From the NCBI GenBank assembly GCA_016207665.1, contig JACQPG010000024.1:15900-79899 (forward strand): a DNA stretch of 64,000 nucleotides, in the 5' to 3' direction. Origin of the DNA: Elusimicrobiota bacterium (GTDB lineage Bacteria; Elusimicrobiota; Elusimicrobia; UBA1565; UBA9628). This document shows, one piece after another, positions 49,401 through 57,289 of the stretch. Within the stretch, counting starts at the first letter, position 1. Each line of letters opens with the position of its first letter. The notes under the pieces are model-generated. The model searched no databases. It was not told the origin of the DNA and worked only from the letters and a program-made list of their open reading frames with translations. A program made the position numbers and the translations under genes.

Positions 49401-50318
49401 GTCCTCAGCCAGGCCATGGAGTCGCTGTCGCGGCGCGGAGGCGATGAGTTCAAGCCGATTAAGTCGAGGCTGGCCGACGCCTACGCGGAGATCGCGGCGC
49501 GAAGCCTGGATCCGGGCGAGATAAGGCGGCGCTTCGAAGAGGAATCGGGCAAGAGAGCCGTGGAGGGCCGCAACGAGCCCTTGATCTCGGCGCTTTATAC
49601 GGCCCTAGCTCGACGCGCCGGTGCCGAGGCTCAACCGGTTCTCCTGGAGAATTGGGAGCAGCCGCGAGGGCGAGAGCTATACCAATATCTCAAGAGGGCC
49701 GAGCCCGCGCTGTTGCGGGAGATCTACGAGGATTGGAAAAGGATCAGGGCTCGGCCCGATGGAGCCGCGCGACAGCTCGTTCTTTACGCCATCGCCGACC
49801 ATGGCGACCGCGACGATCTCGAGGCTCTCAAGGGCATCGCCGAAAGCGGTTGGGAGGGAGCCCTGGAGCACCAGGGCAAGCTCATGGCGGCCGAGGCTTA
49901 CGCCGCCATGGTCAAGCGACTTGGGGCTTTCGCGTCGGTCAGGAACGAGAGCAGGACCTGGATTTCCGGCGGTTTGGGCGATTCGATCAACTTCAGCCGC
50001 ATGGTGAGCGCGGTCGAGGTGATCGGGGAGGCGGGCTCGGCCAGGGATATGCCTCTGCTCGAGCGCCTGATGGAGCTCAACCCGGCCCAGGTCAATGCCG
50101 CGCATGAGATGACGCAACAGTTGGCCGCGCGAGCTTGGGCGCGAAGGGCGATCGCCCTCGGGCTGATGGGAGGTTTGATGAGCGCCGAGCCCGGGCCGGA
50201 TCACGTCGATCAGCCGTCCAGGATCGCGAAGATGCTGACTGACACCAACCCCATAGTCAATACGGCCGCTCTAGAGGCCTTGAGGCTTCATTTCCAGGCC
50301 AGGCCCGGAGGCTCATGA
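43452..50318 (+). CDS. 2288-aa fusion: leader peptide + M50 site-2 protease + two-ring Clp/Hsp100 AAA+ ATPase + degenerate HATPase-like domain + helical C-terminus
   Basis: HEVEH (44184) and FNLLPLPNLDGG; GKTGVGKT/IIDEIH; GPTGSGKT, DMSEY, GAPPGYVG, LFDEIEKAHP, GARPL. Confidence 0.9.
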   Translation: MSPSGKFLRGLLCAALLIASPGSLPYQALAASRPEGRPVSAAQLRLAMRAVTRVGKGPADSSRASRAQRRLAGRLSSLDLDSAQGRALAERFAQRVEGLGPEASESELAQALIAAAEQSSEPLQPGFGGFEGVGRHIAAVIRSWRKAVPAEIEAANSAGVSAARSPQALARPSFSPREPGVIEPVAVERHSLGTHAQPRAFWSGRLGRAALWGAALALAGAAIAHLGLIPAAALSAVLIGSVLLHEVEHLRVLRKLGDPTAEKHGHGSLNPLKHIDPWKTLALPLLTLLGSLLWLPAPVIFGQAAPVRVDFNKLPDPKRDAARVAWAGPRTNLLLSAAAWAAYLALPGLGLIAAGGSAAWVLWQAAAINASLALFNLLPLPNLDGGKILVRYLPQRVYRLWTSNPDLPASYQSTYQRLYEGPAYLLSKLGIASQGRVNRLAWGASVLSLALFSVGLSAWLGAPLALFLLVCAYDYYCIREKIQNEEAVKAIIGIFQGFSRAMAQAAERDEGVESEINSEEVEHVLKNAFEDTLDKIMDSEGFEALDEAGRWERFESAYREAAVAALRAHGMSEDGPEAIRRFLDRADLKSYFQALRDWMTRYEAWEKWRSPKRRQRRRDAEGKSSQAQGGAATAMGLAVLGAFGVGLAGIDLGAVALLPGTVEPNAPAARPSFVQALNDANLKFDDKQKAFLTLHLTELKLKKVAPVIGRVEEIKRLIKSARGPRGVINNVVAWGKTGVGKTALFEGLAQAQAFSETQPEGGTFKLASLEGRYLLELDLSRLMLADDPAMALAMIFQYLARFNDPDPRNGSKVILIIDEIHKLFKHPRGELMAELLKRHLREGDLAVFAATTEAEYRKYIEPDEAFSRRLVPLELKPATPEETLLYLEGGQEYYERLFGVTIAPEALRALAELSRFDRSVELPERAFKYLRLASSEANFDSRRDRYSLDIRDLIGRLRYAMQRLSEQLSGSELVTDKLKKDEPGAISLYNLAIDLSQELIDLYRKRDGVPTEGTPVVDSEMVKEEISRETGIKSGLLVSGEEDLERYLKMEEIVGRRVIGQEEPIHIIAEAVRQNKAGLSDPNRPMGVFYLTGPTGSGKTLLAKTLAWFLFGDPEAMVRVDMSEYQEGHSVSRGIGAPPGYVGHEQGGQWTEKVRRRPYSVVLFDEIEKAHPNVWLLLLPLLADGRMTDGQGRTVDFKNTLILMTSNLGMQAVNVEPYVKAYQAMRTDIQAAEAAGDAHALQAARSRLEQLIANLSADTKKTTMEVTGKYFKEVYPPEFQGRLHAPPIVFNRITPAMAREIVELNLKQLREVLAFAGHEFDWDPGLVAHIVDEGYSIELGARPLQNAIDRLVTRPIAKEILKAAVASGNKIRPSEIKVGFEQGRVGFEIKALKPRPLAKKKSREAAARELFMRVLRHSLAAAVQPIAAPGLSEIDAWARAALGQDPVRAQEPGSGAPAAEPPGDGALFSAKPGGMRAMGDSQITVLASHNRPQGKDEGLRRLREELSAALEREGYPESVRELILRTVEHPDDPYVGWLKLMVERAKERQTGESPIKISYEVDGDSVRLLVHREGELDARETAVFETHFRGPPPESPSVSRERAEAANVAGEDGRRHYFDLYRALNRMGANWGYFSGILARGESGVDYWIEIPKVPPQPAAAPAGEAAARGQPDTGKIKEHARERDIGAYGFDPAWAGIVLTLGRREYRGWDGYLSELKSRFHLRETLSIHGGHDTKFGLVLERRPSGDEALEEELARLAIELSREEAAVSIAVDRRVAKRIAAPQPPALLAKVDLLPDELRPAAEARRTILIELAHQGFPTQYFRDNLFVSINRGVGLMLVRDSRTGSRLEAEFRADDPEAAARAVIALADYGALDAIRVHPEVKRRIAELLRDPSAPARERPDRSPREQLKAMALAILRQGNQRSPSVLIAAGDLFASLASSDDLNLALDWIGHNDSRLQHFLIGAGAAVVAALGQGEDKLEVLSQAMESLSRRGGDEFKPIKSRLADAYAEIAARSLDPGEIRRRFEEESGKRAVEGRNEPLISALYTALARRAGAEAQPVLLENWEQPRGRELYQYLKRAEPALLREIYEDWKRIRARPDGAARQLVLYAIADHGDRDDLEALKGIAESGWEGALEHQGKLMAAEAYAAMVKRLGAFASVRNESRTWISGGLGDSINFSRMVSAVEVIGEAGSARDMPLLERLMELNPAQVNAAHEMTQQLAARAWARRAIALGLMGGLMSAEPGPDHVDQPSRIAKMLTDTNPIVNTAALEALRLHFQARPGGS

Positions 50319-50755
50319 AGAAAGGCATCATCGTTTCGGCGTTGGCCGTCTGCGCGGCGGCGCCGGGCTTCTCCTGCCCTGATCTGGCGGGCCGCTGGAG
50401 GCATGAAGGACAGGATAGGGACGAGATCTCCATCCAGCAGCCCTCCTGCCGGCGCCTCGTCATAGGCTCGGACTGGCTCTCGCGCATGTATACCGGGGTC
50501 GAGTTAGCCGTGGAAGAGCCGGGTGCCGGGGAGGATTACCGGACGCTTCCGCCCGGCTGGAGAGAGAACCTGGAAGGCCAGAAGAGGGAATGCGAGCGCG
50601 CTCGCCGGGCCTTCTGGCGCGGCGAGCGGCTGATCGTGCGCAATTGCTTTTGCAATGAGTGCGGCGACGTATCGCTTTGGAGAGAGGGAGATCGGCTCGC
50701 CGTCGAGTTGAGTTTCGCGGGCGGTTCTCCCAGCTATTATCGCCTGTCACCCTGA
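50315..50755 (+). CDS. small secreted Cys-rich hypothetical protein
   Basis: Signal peptide, CPDLAG.W, C.C..C; ATGA overlap with the giant gene. Confidence 0.65.
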   Translation: MKKGIIVSALAVCAAAPGFSCPDLAGRWRHEGQDRDEISIQQPSCRRLVIGSDWLSRMYTGVELAVEEPGAGEDYRTLPPGWRENLEGQKRECERARRAFWRGERLIVRNCFCNECGDVSLWREGDRLAVELSFAGGSPSYYRLSP

Positions 50756-50793
50756 GCCGGCCTGGGCGCGGCCGTTTCCCGGGGCCTAGGCTC
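50754..50793. terminator. possible hairpin between convergent genes
   Basis: GAGCC-GG-CCTGGG ... CCCGGGGCCTAGGCTC imperfect stem, no clear U-tract. Confidence 0.35.
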
Positions 50794-52111
50794 AATAACG
50801 GTAATTCTCGGCCTTGAACGGCCCCTCGGGAGATATCCCCAGATAATCGGCCTGGGCCTTGCTGAGCTTGGTGAGCTTGGCGCCCAACTTGCCCAGGTGG
50901 AGCTTGGCGACTTTCTCGTCCAGGGCCTTGGGCAGGGTGTAGACTTGTTTATTGTACTTGCCCGTGTCCCGGTTGCCCCAGAGCTCGATCTGCGCCATGA
51001 CCTGGTTGGTGAAGGAAGCGCTCATGACGAAGGAGGGATGCCCCTCGGCGCAGCCCAGGTTGACCAAGCGGCCCTCGGCCAGCACCGTGATCACCTTGCC
51101 GTTGGGCCAGAGGTATTGGTCGACCTGGGGCTTGACGTTGACCTTCTTGAGCTTGCGGTCGTTCTCGAGCGAGGCGATGTCGATCTCGAGGTCAAAATGG
51201 CCGATATTGCAGACGATGGCCTGATTCTTCATCGCGTCCATATGGGCGCGGGTGACCACGTCGCGGCAGCCGGTGGCGGTGACGAAGATGTCGGCGCTGG
51301 AGGCCACGTCGTCGAGGGTGACCACTTGATAGCCTTCCATGGCGGCTTGGAGGGCGTTGATCGGGTCGATCTCGGTGACCAGCACGCGCGCTCCCATGCC
51401 CTTGAGGGCCTGGGCGCAGCCCTTGCCCACGTCGCCATAGCCGCAGACCACCGCGGTCTTTCCCGCGATCATCACGCCGGTGGCGCGCTTGATGCCGTCG
51501 ATGAGCGACTCGCGACAGCCGTAGAGATTGTCGAACTTGGACTTGGTGCAGGAGTCGTTGACGTTGATCGCCGGGACCTTGAGCGTGCCGTTCTGCTGGC
51601 GCTGATACAGGCGATGCACGCCCGTGGTGGTCTCCTCGGACAGGCCCACGATCTCCGGCAGCAGCTCGGTATGCTTGTCATGGACCATGTTGGTCAGGTC
51701 GCCGCCGTCATCCAAGATCATATTGAGGCCCTTGCCGTCCGGCCAGCGCAGGGTCTGCTCGATGCACCAGTCGTACTCCTCGAGGCTCTCGCCCTTCCAG
51801 GCGAACACGGGGATGCCGGCCGCGGCGATGGCGGAGGCGGCGTGGTCTTGGGTCGAGAAGATGTTGCAGGAGCTCCAGCGCACTTGCGCGCCCAGCTCGA
51901 CCAGGGTCTCGATGAGCACCGCGGTCTCGATGGTCATGTGCAGGCAGCCCGCGATGCGCGCTCCGGACAAGGGCTTTCTTCCCTTGTATTCCTGGCGCAG
52001 GGCCATGAGCCCCGGCATCTCGGATTCCGCGATGGTGATTTCCTTGCGGCCCCATTCGGCGAGGCTGAGATCCTTAACCTTGTAATCCGGCGCGGCGACT
52101 GTCGTGCTCAT
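50792..52111 (-). CDS. ahcY: adenosylhomocysteinase
   Basis: [58 protein letters not shown]. Confidence 0.98.
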   Translation of the reverse strand: MSTTVAAPDYKVKDLSLAEWGRKEITIAESEMPGLMALRQEYKGRKPLSGARIAGCLHMTIETAVLIETLVELGAQVRWSSCNIFSTQDHAASAIAAAGIPVFAWKGESLEEYDWCIEQTLRWPDGKGLNMILDDGGDLTNMVHDKHTELLPEIVGLSEETTTGVHRLYQRQQNGTLKVPAINVNDSCTKSKFDNLYGCRESLIDGIKRATGVMIAGKTAVVCGYGDVGKGCAQALKGMGARVLVTEIDPINALQAAMEGYQVVTLDDVASSADIFVTATGCRDVVTRAHMDAMKNQAIVCNIGHFDLEIDIASLENDRKLKKVNVKPQVDQYLWPNGKVITVLAEGRLVNLGCAEGHPSFVMSASFTNQVMAQIELWGNRDTGKYNKQVYTLPKALDEKVAKLHLGKLGAKLTKLSKAQADYLGISPEGPFKAENYRY

Positions 52112-52175
52112 TTTTTGGCTCCCTTTATGCTTCGTCATTCAAAAACCACAGGGATTATACCAATAATGGTTTAGT

Positions 52176-53120
52176 CTATTGGCACTTCTCGAGGCTTTGG
52201 AGAAGAAGGGCTTCAAATCGGCCACTCCGGCGCGGCTCTCGATCCAGCCCGTCCCCGCCTAAGGCGGATCCCGGCAAGGGCCGCAGCCAAAAATAGTCGG
52301 CCCACAGCGCGGGGCCCTCGGGCTCGCGCAGCCGGCGCAGGAGCTCCTCCTGAGCGGCGCCTGGCTCGTCTTGAGGATAGTTGATGAGCACGCTCTGCTC
52401 AAGCGTGGAGTCGCGCAAGCGCAGGCTTTCCGCGATGCCCGCCTTGAACATCACATGGCCGAAACCGGCCAGTATCAAGACTCTGTGGCCGTCGCCCAAG
52501 GGACCCAAGGCTGATTCGGCCATGGAATTGTTCCAGACGGCCATGGCTTCCAGCATGCGCTCAAGGCGCTTGGGGTCGGTGGAGCCGTGCCGCTTGAGCT
52601 GCTCCTCGACCCAGTCGCGATAGCGCGAGTCCTGGGTGGGGTGGATGCGCGCGGGAAGCCTTTTGCGCTCTTCAGGCGAAAGCGAGGCCAGCCCGCAGCG
52701 CGCCACCTTGCGCACCAGGGCCGCGGGGGCGTTCAAGGCCTTGACCGGGATGCGCCGATCGCGCGCCCGCTCCAGTATCGGCCGATAGAGCTCGAAGGGA
52801 AAGCCCCAGGCCTTTTCCCAGAATCGGGCGAAGTCCTGGTCATCGATGGCGCGGGCCAGATACTGGTCCAGGGTCGGCTGGTGGGAAGCCTCCAGCATCT
52901 CGAGCCCGAGGGTCACGCCATTGCCGGGGAAGGCGGAATCGAGCGCCATGAGCTGGAGCTCATGGTCCAAAGGATTGTCATGCCTCTCGCCCACATAGGC
53001 CACCTTGGCCCGCTGGAGCCTGGCCCAGAGCTCGCCCTCGTCCATCAAACGCGCCGAGCCGGCGTCGTATATCGCGGCGCTGGCCGCGCAGGAAAGGAAA
53101 AGGGCGCTTAGCGGAAGCAT
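52176..53120 (-). CDS. ChaN/PhuW-like (Cofac_haem_bdg) exported protein
   Basis: VGERHDNP..H..Q, LGLEM, Y.PI, ALN, MA, AG.GHV. Confidence 0.75.
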   Translation of the reverse strand: MLPLSALFLSCAASAAIYDAGSARLMDEGELWARLQRAKVAYVGERHDNPLDHELQLMALDSAFPGNGVTLGLEMLEASHQPTLDQYLARAIDDQDFARFWEKAWGFPFELYRPILERARDRRIPVKALNAPAALVRKVARCGLASLSPEERKRLPARIHPTQDSRYRDWVEEQLKRHGSTDPKRLERMLEAMAVWNNSMAESALGPLGDGHRVLILAGFGHVMFKAGIAESLRLRDSTLEQSVLINYPQDEPGAAQEELLRRLREPEGPALWADYFWLRPLPGSALGGDGLDREPRRSGRFEALLLQSLEKCQ

Positions 53121-53635
53121 TTGAGCTCCGCGAGCATGGGCGTCTCATTGACCACGGCGTTGATCATAAGTCCTCCGGACTCACCATAGATCTCGGTCTT
53201 CTCGCCGAGCGCGCCCAGCCAGTGGCGGAATTCCGGTTCCGGCCAGCCGAACACCTCGACCCGATGGCTGCGGCGCAATTCCTCGCTCAGATCCTGGCGC
53301 AGGCGCTGGGCCGCCCGCTCGCTGGGCTTGATCACCACGATGCGGGCGGCGGGCAGCCGGCGTATGAGCTTGGAGAGCTTGTGCAGAGTGACCTGGCCGC
53401 ATTCGATCCAAAGCTTTATGGAGCCGGTCTCGTCTAGGGCCATGAGATCCGGCGTGAACTCCTGGCCCATCAGGGCGGGATGCTTGGGGCTTGCCTCGAG
53501 TATGGGCTGCTCTTTCCAGAACAACAGATAGGCCGACAGCTTGAGAGCCAGATGCTCGACCGTCTCGGACTGCCCCGCCACGAGCACCAGCTTGCGCGAC
53601 CCTCCGTTGAGGTGAAGGTCGCATCGGATCTTCAT
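53108..53635 (-). CDS. yaeQ: YaeQ-family protein
   Basis: SET.EH..LK..AY, PDL, LWIECG. Confidence 0.75.
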   Translation of the reverse strand: MKIRCDLHLNGGSRKLVLVAGQSETVEHLALKLSAYLLFWKEQPILEASPKHPALMGQEFTPDLMALDETGSIKLWIECGQVTLHKLSKLIRRLPAARIVVIKPSERAAQRLRQDLSEELRRSHRVEVFGWPEPEFRHWLGALGEKTEIYGESGGLMINAVVNETPMLAELKCFR

Positions 53636-54858
53636 CCGACCTTGGCCGGCTTTCTCCTGGACGGGGAGCGTTCAGGCAGGCTTTCCAGGAAGCGGCCTAT
53701 GCGCCGGGCCGCCTCGCGCAGCTTCTCCTCGGGCGCGACCAGCGAAAAGCGCATAAAGCCCTCGCCATGGGGACCGAAGCCGACGCCGGGCGCTATCACC
53801 ACGCCATGTTCCAGTATCAGGCGCTCGGCGAAGGCCAATGAGCCTAGGGACCTGGCCCTTTCCGGGAGCCTTCCCCAGAGATACATGGCGGCCCGCGGCG
53901 GCGCGATAGTCCAGCCGATCTTGCTCAAGGCCTCGACCAATGCGTCTCGGCGGCTTCGATAGGTCCGGCAGGCCGCGGCGATGGTGTCTTGCGGGCCCGA
54001 AAGGGCGTTGATGCCGGCCTGCTGGATGAAATTCGGTATGCCGTAATCGAGGAAACCCTTGAACTTCGCCAGCTGCGAGATGGCCTCGGCGTTGCCGACC
54101 ACGAAGCCGATCCTCCAGCCCGCCATGGAGTAGGACTTGGACAGCGAATGGAACTCCACGGCGTGCTCCATGGCCCCGGGGACCTGGAGTATGGAAGGAG
54201 CCTGATAGCCGTCGAAGACGAGCTCCGAATAGGCGTTGTCATAGGCGATCAAGCAGCCGTATTTGCGGCTGAAGGCGAGGGCCTCCTCCAAGAGGCTGTT
54301 GTCCTCGAGCACGGCTCCGGTCGGGTTGTTCGGGTAGTTGAGCAGCATCACCTTGGCCTGCCGCGCCGCGGCCGCGGGTATCTTGCGCAAGTCGGGCTTG
54401 AATTCGTTTTCCTCGAGCAAGGGCATGAGCACCGGCCGTCCTCCGGCCAGGATGACCCCGTTGTAATGGACCGGATAGCAGGGATTGGGCACGAGCACGG
54501 ACTGGCCCGGCTCGAGCAGGGCCATGAACAAATGAGCCAGTCCCTCCTTGGACCCGACCAGGGGCAGCACCTGGCGGTCGGCGTCGAGCGTCACGTCGAA
54601 TCGACGGCGATACCACGCCGCGATCGCCCGGCGCAGCTCGGGAAGCCCCTGGGTCTGGGGATAGCGGTGGGTCCAGTTCTGGCCGACCGCTTCCTGAAGG
54701 GCCTTGACCACATGGTCCGGGCTGGGCAGGTCGGGACTGCCCTGGCCCAAGTCTATGATGGAAAGCCCGGAGCCTTCGGCCTGCAGCCTGAGCTGATGGA
54801 GGCGGACGAAGAGATAGGGCGGAAGTTGGGACAGTTTTTTGGAAGGGATCGGTTTCAT
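53632..54858 (-). CDS. class I/II PLP aminotransferase (LL-DAP aminotransferase/AlaC-like)
   Basis: LPPYLF, DLGQGSPD, GSKEGLAH, NYPNNPTG, DNAY, SLSKSYSMAGWRIG. Confidence 0.9.
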   Translation of the reverse strand: MKPIPSKKLSQLPPYLFVRLHQLRLQAEGSGLSIIDLGQGSPDLPSPDHVVKALQEAVGQNWTHRYPQTQGLPELRRAIAAWYRRRFDVTLDADRQVLPLVGSKEGLAHLFMALLEPGQSVLVPNPCYPVHYNGVILAGGRPVLMPLLEENEFKPDLRKIPAAAARQAKVMLLNYPNNPTGAVLEDNSLLEEALAFSRKYGCLIAYDNAYSELVFDGYQAPSILQVPGAMEHAVEFHSLSKSYSMAGWRIGFVVGNAEAISQLAKFKGFLDYGIPNFIQQAGINALSGPQDTIAAACRTYRSRRDALVEALSKIGWTIAPPRAAMYLWGRLPERARSLGSLAFAERLILEHGVVIAPGVGFGPHGEGFMRFSLVAPEEKLREAARRIGRFLESLPERSPSRRKPAKVG

Positions 54859-54904
54859 GGGCTTAACCTCGTAGGATCGGGCCTATTATAGATAAAATGG
54901 GCTG

Positions 54905-55372
54905 ATGCCAAGCGCACACTCCGGCCCCGAAAGCCAGGCGGTCTCCATGCGCGGCCGCGCCCTAGCCTTGGCGGCTTTCGCCGTCCTGTTCGCCGGCGGT
55001 TGCTGGGTGGCCAAGCAGGATTGGCCCAAGTACATGCATTTGCGCGAGCATGGCGTGGGAGCCAACGGCTGGGTTACCTCCAAGGATGAAGGCACGGGCC
55101 GGATCCATTATTCTTTCATGGTCGACGAAAGGGAGTATTCCGCGTGGGATCGTCCGGGGCTCGGCACGCTGAGATTCAGGGAAGCGGCCATCGGGGACGC
55201 CGTGGTGGTCTTTTACGACCCGCGTGACCCGGCCGTTTCAGGCCTCGGAGACCCGAAGGAGCGGCTGCGGCGCCAGAATGGGCTTATGGGTCTGCTGATC
55301 GCCTCCGGTTTTTTGCTCGTCCTCTGGTGGGCGCGGCGCGAATTGAAGGTCGCCTCAGACGCCCATCGTTAA
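54905..55372 (+). CDS. small two-TM membrane protein (DUF3592-like)
   Basis: TM, G..A.G.V, YSF.V, GD.V.V.YDP.DP, TM. Confidence 0.65.
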   Translation: MPSAHSGPESQAVSMRGRALALAAFAVLFAGGCWVAKQDWPKYMHLREHGVGANGWVTSKDEGTGRIHYSFMVDEREYSAWDRPGLGTLRFREAAIGDAVVVFYDPRDPAVSGLGDPKERLRRQNGLMGLLIASGFLLVLWWARRELKVASDAHR

Positions 55373-55614
55373 TTCCCGCGCTTGCCGCCGCCAAGCGCGG
55401 CGCGGACCCGGCGCAGACTGACTCCGACCTCCCTCGCCACCCGTCCGATGAGCTCCCTGCGGCCTAGGCCGCGGCCCAGCAGCTCCGCGGTTTCATCCAT
55501 TCTCAACCACTTCCGCATGGAGTTGCGGATGCGGACGCTCTCCGAAGAGACCATAAACCGAAGCGGAGAGCGTGACGGGCGGTTCGATTTCTTGTAGGCG
55601 CGATGTGTTGGCAT
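55369..55614 (-). CDS. small basic hypothetical protein, possible HTH
   Basis: TAGAAT 5 nt before the ATG; VAREVGVS.RRV helix-turn-helix-like segment. Confidence 0.45.
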   Translation of the reverse strand: MPTHRAYKKSNRPSRSPLRFMVSSESVRIRNSMRKWLRMDETAELLGRGLGRRELIGRVAREVGVSLRRVRAALGGGKRGN

Positions 55615-55664
55615 CGATCATTCTAGCCTTTTTGCCCTCGACAAATGCTATCGTTGATTAGATA

Positions 55665-55781
55665 TCTGTTTCCGGCCTGCTGAATTCCTGCCCAAAGGAC
55701 GAGAACGCGCCATCCGGGATGATCGCTCATCCCATGGGTGAAAGCGAGGTCGACGAACCTGCAGATTCCGGCATCGGCGGA
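55665..55781 (+). ncRNA. candidate structured RNA (long irregular hairpin) upstream of the lipid A acyltransferase gene
   Basis: Nested pairings CCGG/CCGG, CTGC/GCAG, TTC/GAA, GAC/GTC, CGC/GCG, CCAT/ATGG and a perfect GGGATGA/TCATCCC apical stem. Confidence 0.3.
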
Positions 55782-55796
55782 GGTGAAGGGTTAAGC

Positions 55797-56723
55797 ATGG
55801 CCAAAAGAGATTTGCCGGCCTGGCAGGCGTTCCCGTTGGTCATCCTTCTCAGCGCGCTGGGTCTTCTGGCCTCGCTGCTGCCCCGGCGCCTTGAGGTCGT
55901 CCTTGGCAGAACCCTGGGCCGCTTCGTGTGCCGCGTTCGCCTGTTTCGGCGAAGCCTCGTGGAGGCCAATCTGTCCCGTTGCCTGCCTGGTTTGGACCGG
56001 CCGGCGCGCCTGTCGCTGATCCGCCGCAATTACGAGCATTATGGATTGCTTTTTTTCGAGTTCATGCATTTCTTTTCTCCATTCCGCGGACATTGGCGGC
56101 GCTATGCTCCCAAGGTGGCGCGCCTCGAAGGCATCGAGCATTGGCGGCGCGCGCGCGATCAAGGCAAGGGCGTCATATTTTTCTGCGCGCATCTGGGCTC
56201 CTGGGAGACCGCCGCCGCGGTCACCGCCCTGGGCGGCGTCGAGGCGACTATCGTGACCACGGTCCTCACGCCGCGCTGGCTGCACGAAAAGATCACCGCG
56301 TGCCGCGAATCCGTCGGCATGAGAGCCGCCTTCCATCCCGGCTCGTTGCCTTCCGTCATGCGGACCCTTCGGCAGGGCGGCTCGGTCGCCTTCATGAACG
56401 ATCAGTACGCCCCCGCGCCGATGGGCTTGCCGGCGGTGTTCTTCAAGACGCGGGTGCACACCTTGTCGGTCGTCGGCCCCTTGGCTCGCCGCACCGGCGC
56501 TCCCGTTCTTCCTCTCTTCACGTTTCGAGAGGCCGACGGAAGCACGACGGCGCGCATCGAGCCGGAGTTCGATCTGGGCGATCGGCCGGACGATGTCGCG
56601 GGCGTCACTCAGCGCGTCGCCAGCCGCGTCGAAAGATGGGTTCGCGCTCATCCCGAACAATGGCTTTGGGTACACAGACGTTTCAAGAATGTCGCCGTTC
56701 AAGAGGCCGCAGAGGCCGCATAG
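55797..56723 (+). CDS. lipid A late acyltransferase (LpxL/HtrB family)
   Basis: GKGVI...AHLGSWE, DQ, FF, P.QWLW.HRRFK. Confidence 0.88.
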   Translation: MAKRDLPAWQAFPLVILLSALGLLASLLPRRLEVVLGRTLGRFVCRVRLFRRSLVEANLSRCLPGLDRPARLSLIRRNYEHYGLLFFEFMHFFSPFRGHWRRYAPKVARLEGIEHWRRARDQGKGVIFFCAHLGSWETAAAVTALGGVEATIVTTVLTPRWLHEKITACRESVGMRAAFHPGSLPSVMRTLRQGGSVAFMNDQYAPAPMGLPAVFFKTRVHTLSVVGPLARRTGAPVLPLFTFREADGSTTARIEPEFDLGDRPDDVAGVTQRVASRVERWVRAHPEQWLWVHRRFKNVAVQEAAEAA

Positions 56724-56732
56724 GAGATCACC

Positions 56733-57056
56733 ATGGGAACGAGGTTGTTTGTCGGAAGCCTTCCATTCGAGACGACGGAAGGCGAGCTCAATAGCTTATT
56801 CGCCGCCTGCGGCCAGGTTATCAGCGCCAAGCTGATCACCGATCGCGTGACCGGGGGCTCGAAGGGCTTCGGTTTCGTCGAGATGTCGAACGGCGACGAG
56901 GCGAGGGCCGCCATCGCCAAGCTCAATAACAGCACGATCGGAACGCGTCGCATCGTGGTCAACGAGGCGCGGCCCATGGAAAAGAGGCCCGGGGCCGGCG
57001 GCGCCTTCGGTAACCGAAGCGGAAAGGGACGGCGTGGGGGAACTAAGCGTTGGTGA
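56733..57056 (+). CDS. RRM RNA-binding protein
   Basis: RNP2 LFVGSL, RNP1 KGFGFVEM, VNEARP and a Gly-rich tail. Confidence 0.95.
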   Translation: MGTRLFVGSLPFETTEGELNSLFAACGQVISAKLITDRVTGGSKGFGFVEMSNGDEARAAIAKLNNSTIGTRRIVVNEARPMEKRPGAGGAFGNRSGKGRRGGTKRW

Positions 57057-57100
57057 GCGGGTTGGACCGCGAGCCGGCAAAAGACGTAAAATAGTCAATT

Positions 57101-57289
57101 ATGAAGAGAAAGGATCTTGTCAGGCATCTAATGGATAACGGCTGCATCCTTCTTCGCGAGGGCGGAAAATACTCGGTGTTCCAGAACCCCGTCAACCAAA
57201 AGGAAGTACCGGTGACGCGTCATCCTGAGATGGAGGATTTCGCGGCTCGCAAGATCTGCAAGCAGCTGGATATCCCGGTTCCCAACTAA
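57101..57289 (+). CDS. hicA: HicA-family toxin, orphan
   Basis: MKRKDL...L...GC.LLREGG, NP, RH.E, KICKQL.IP. Confidence 0.8.
   Translation: MKRKDLVRHLMDNGCILLREGGKYSVFQNPVNQKEVPVTRHPEMEDFAARKICKQLDIPVPN

Noticed and set aside
43452-50318. giant Clp protein as T6SS ClpV or ordinary ClpB
   Set aside because: No T6SS genes nearby, no Clp_N domain, and large extra domains at both ends
52112-52175. SAH/SAM riboswitch upstream of ahcY
   Set aside because: Only about 40 nt lie between the TGGTATAAT box and the start, with no recognisable aptamer
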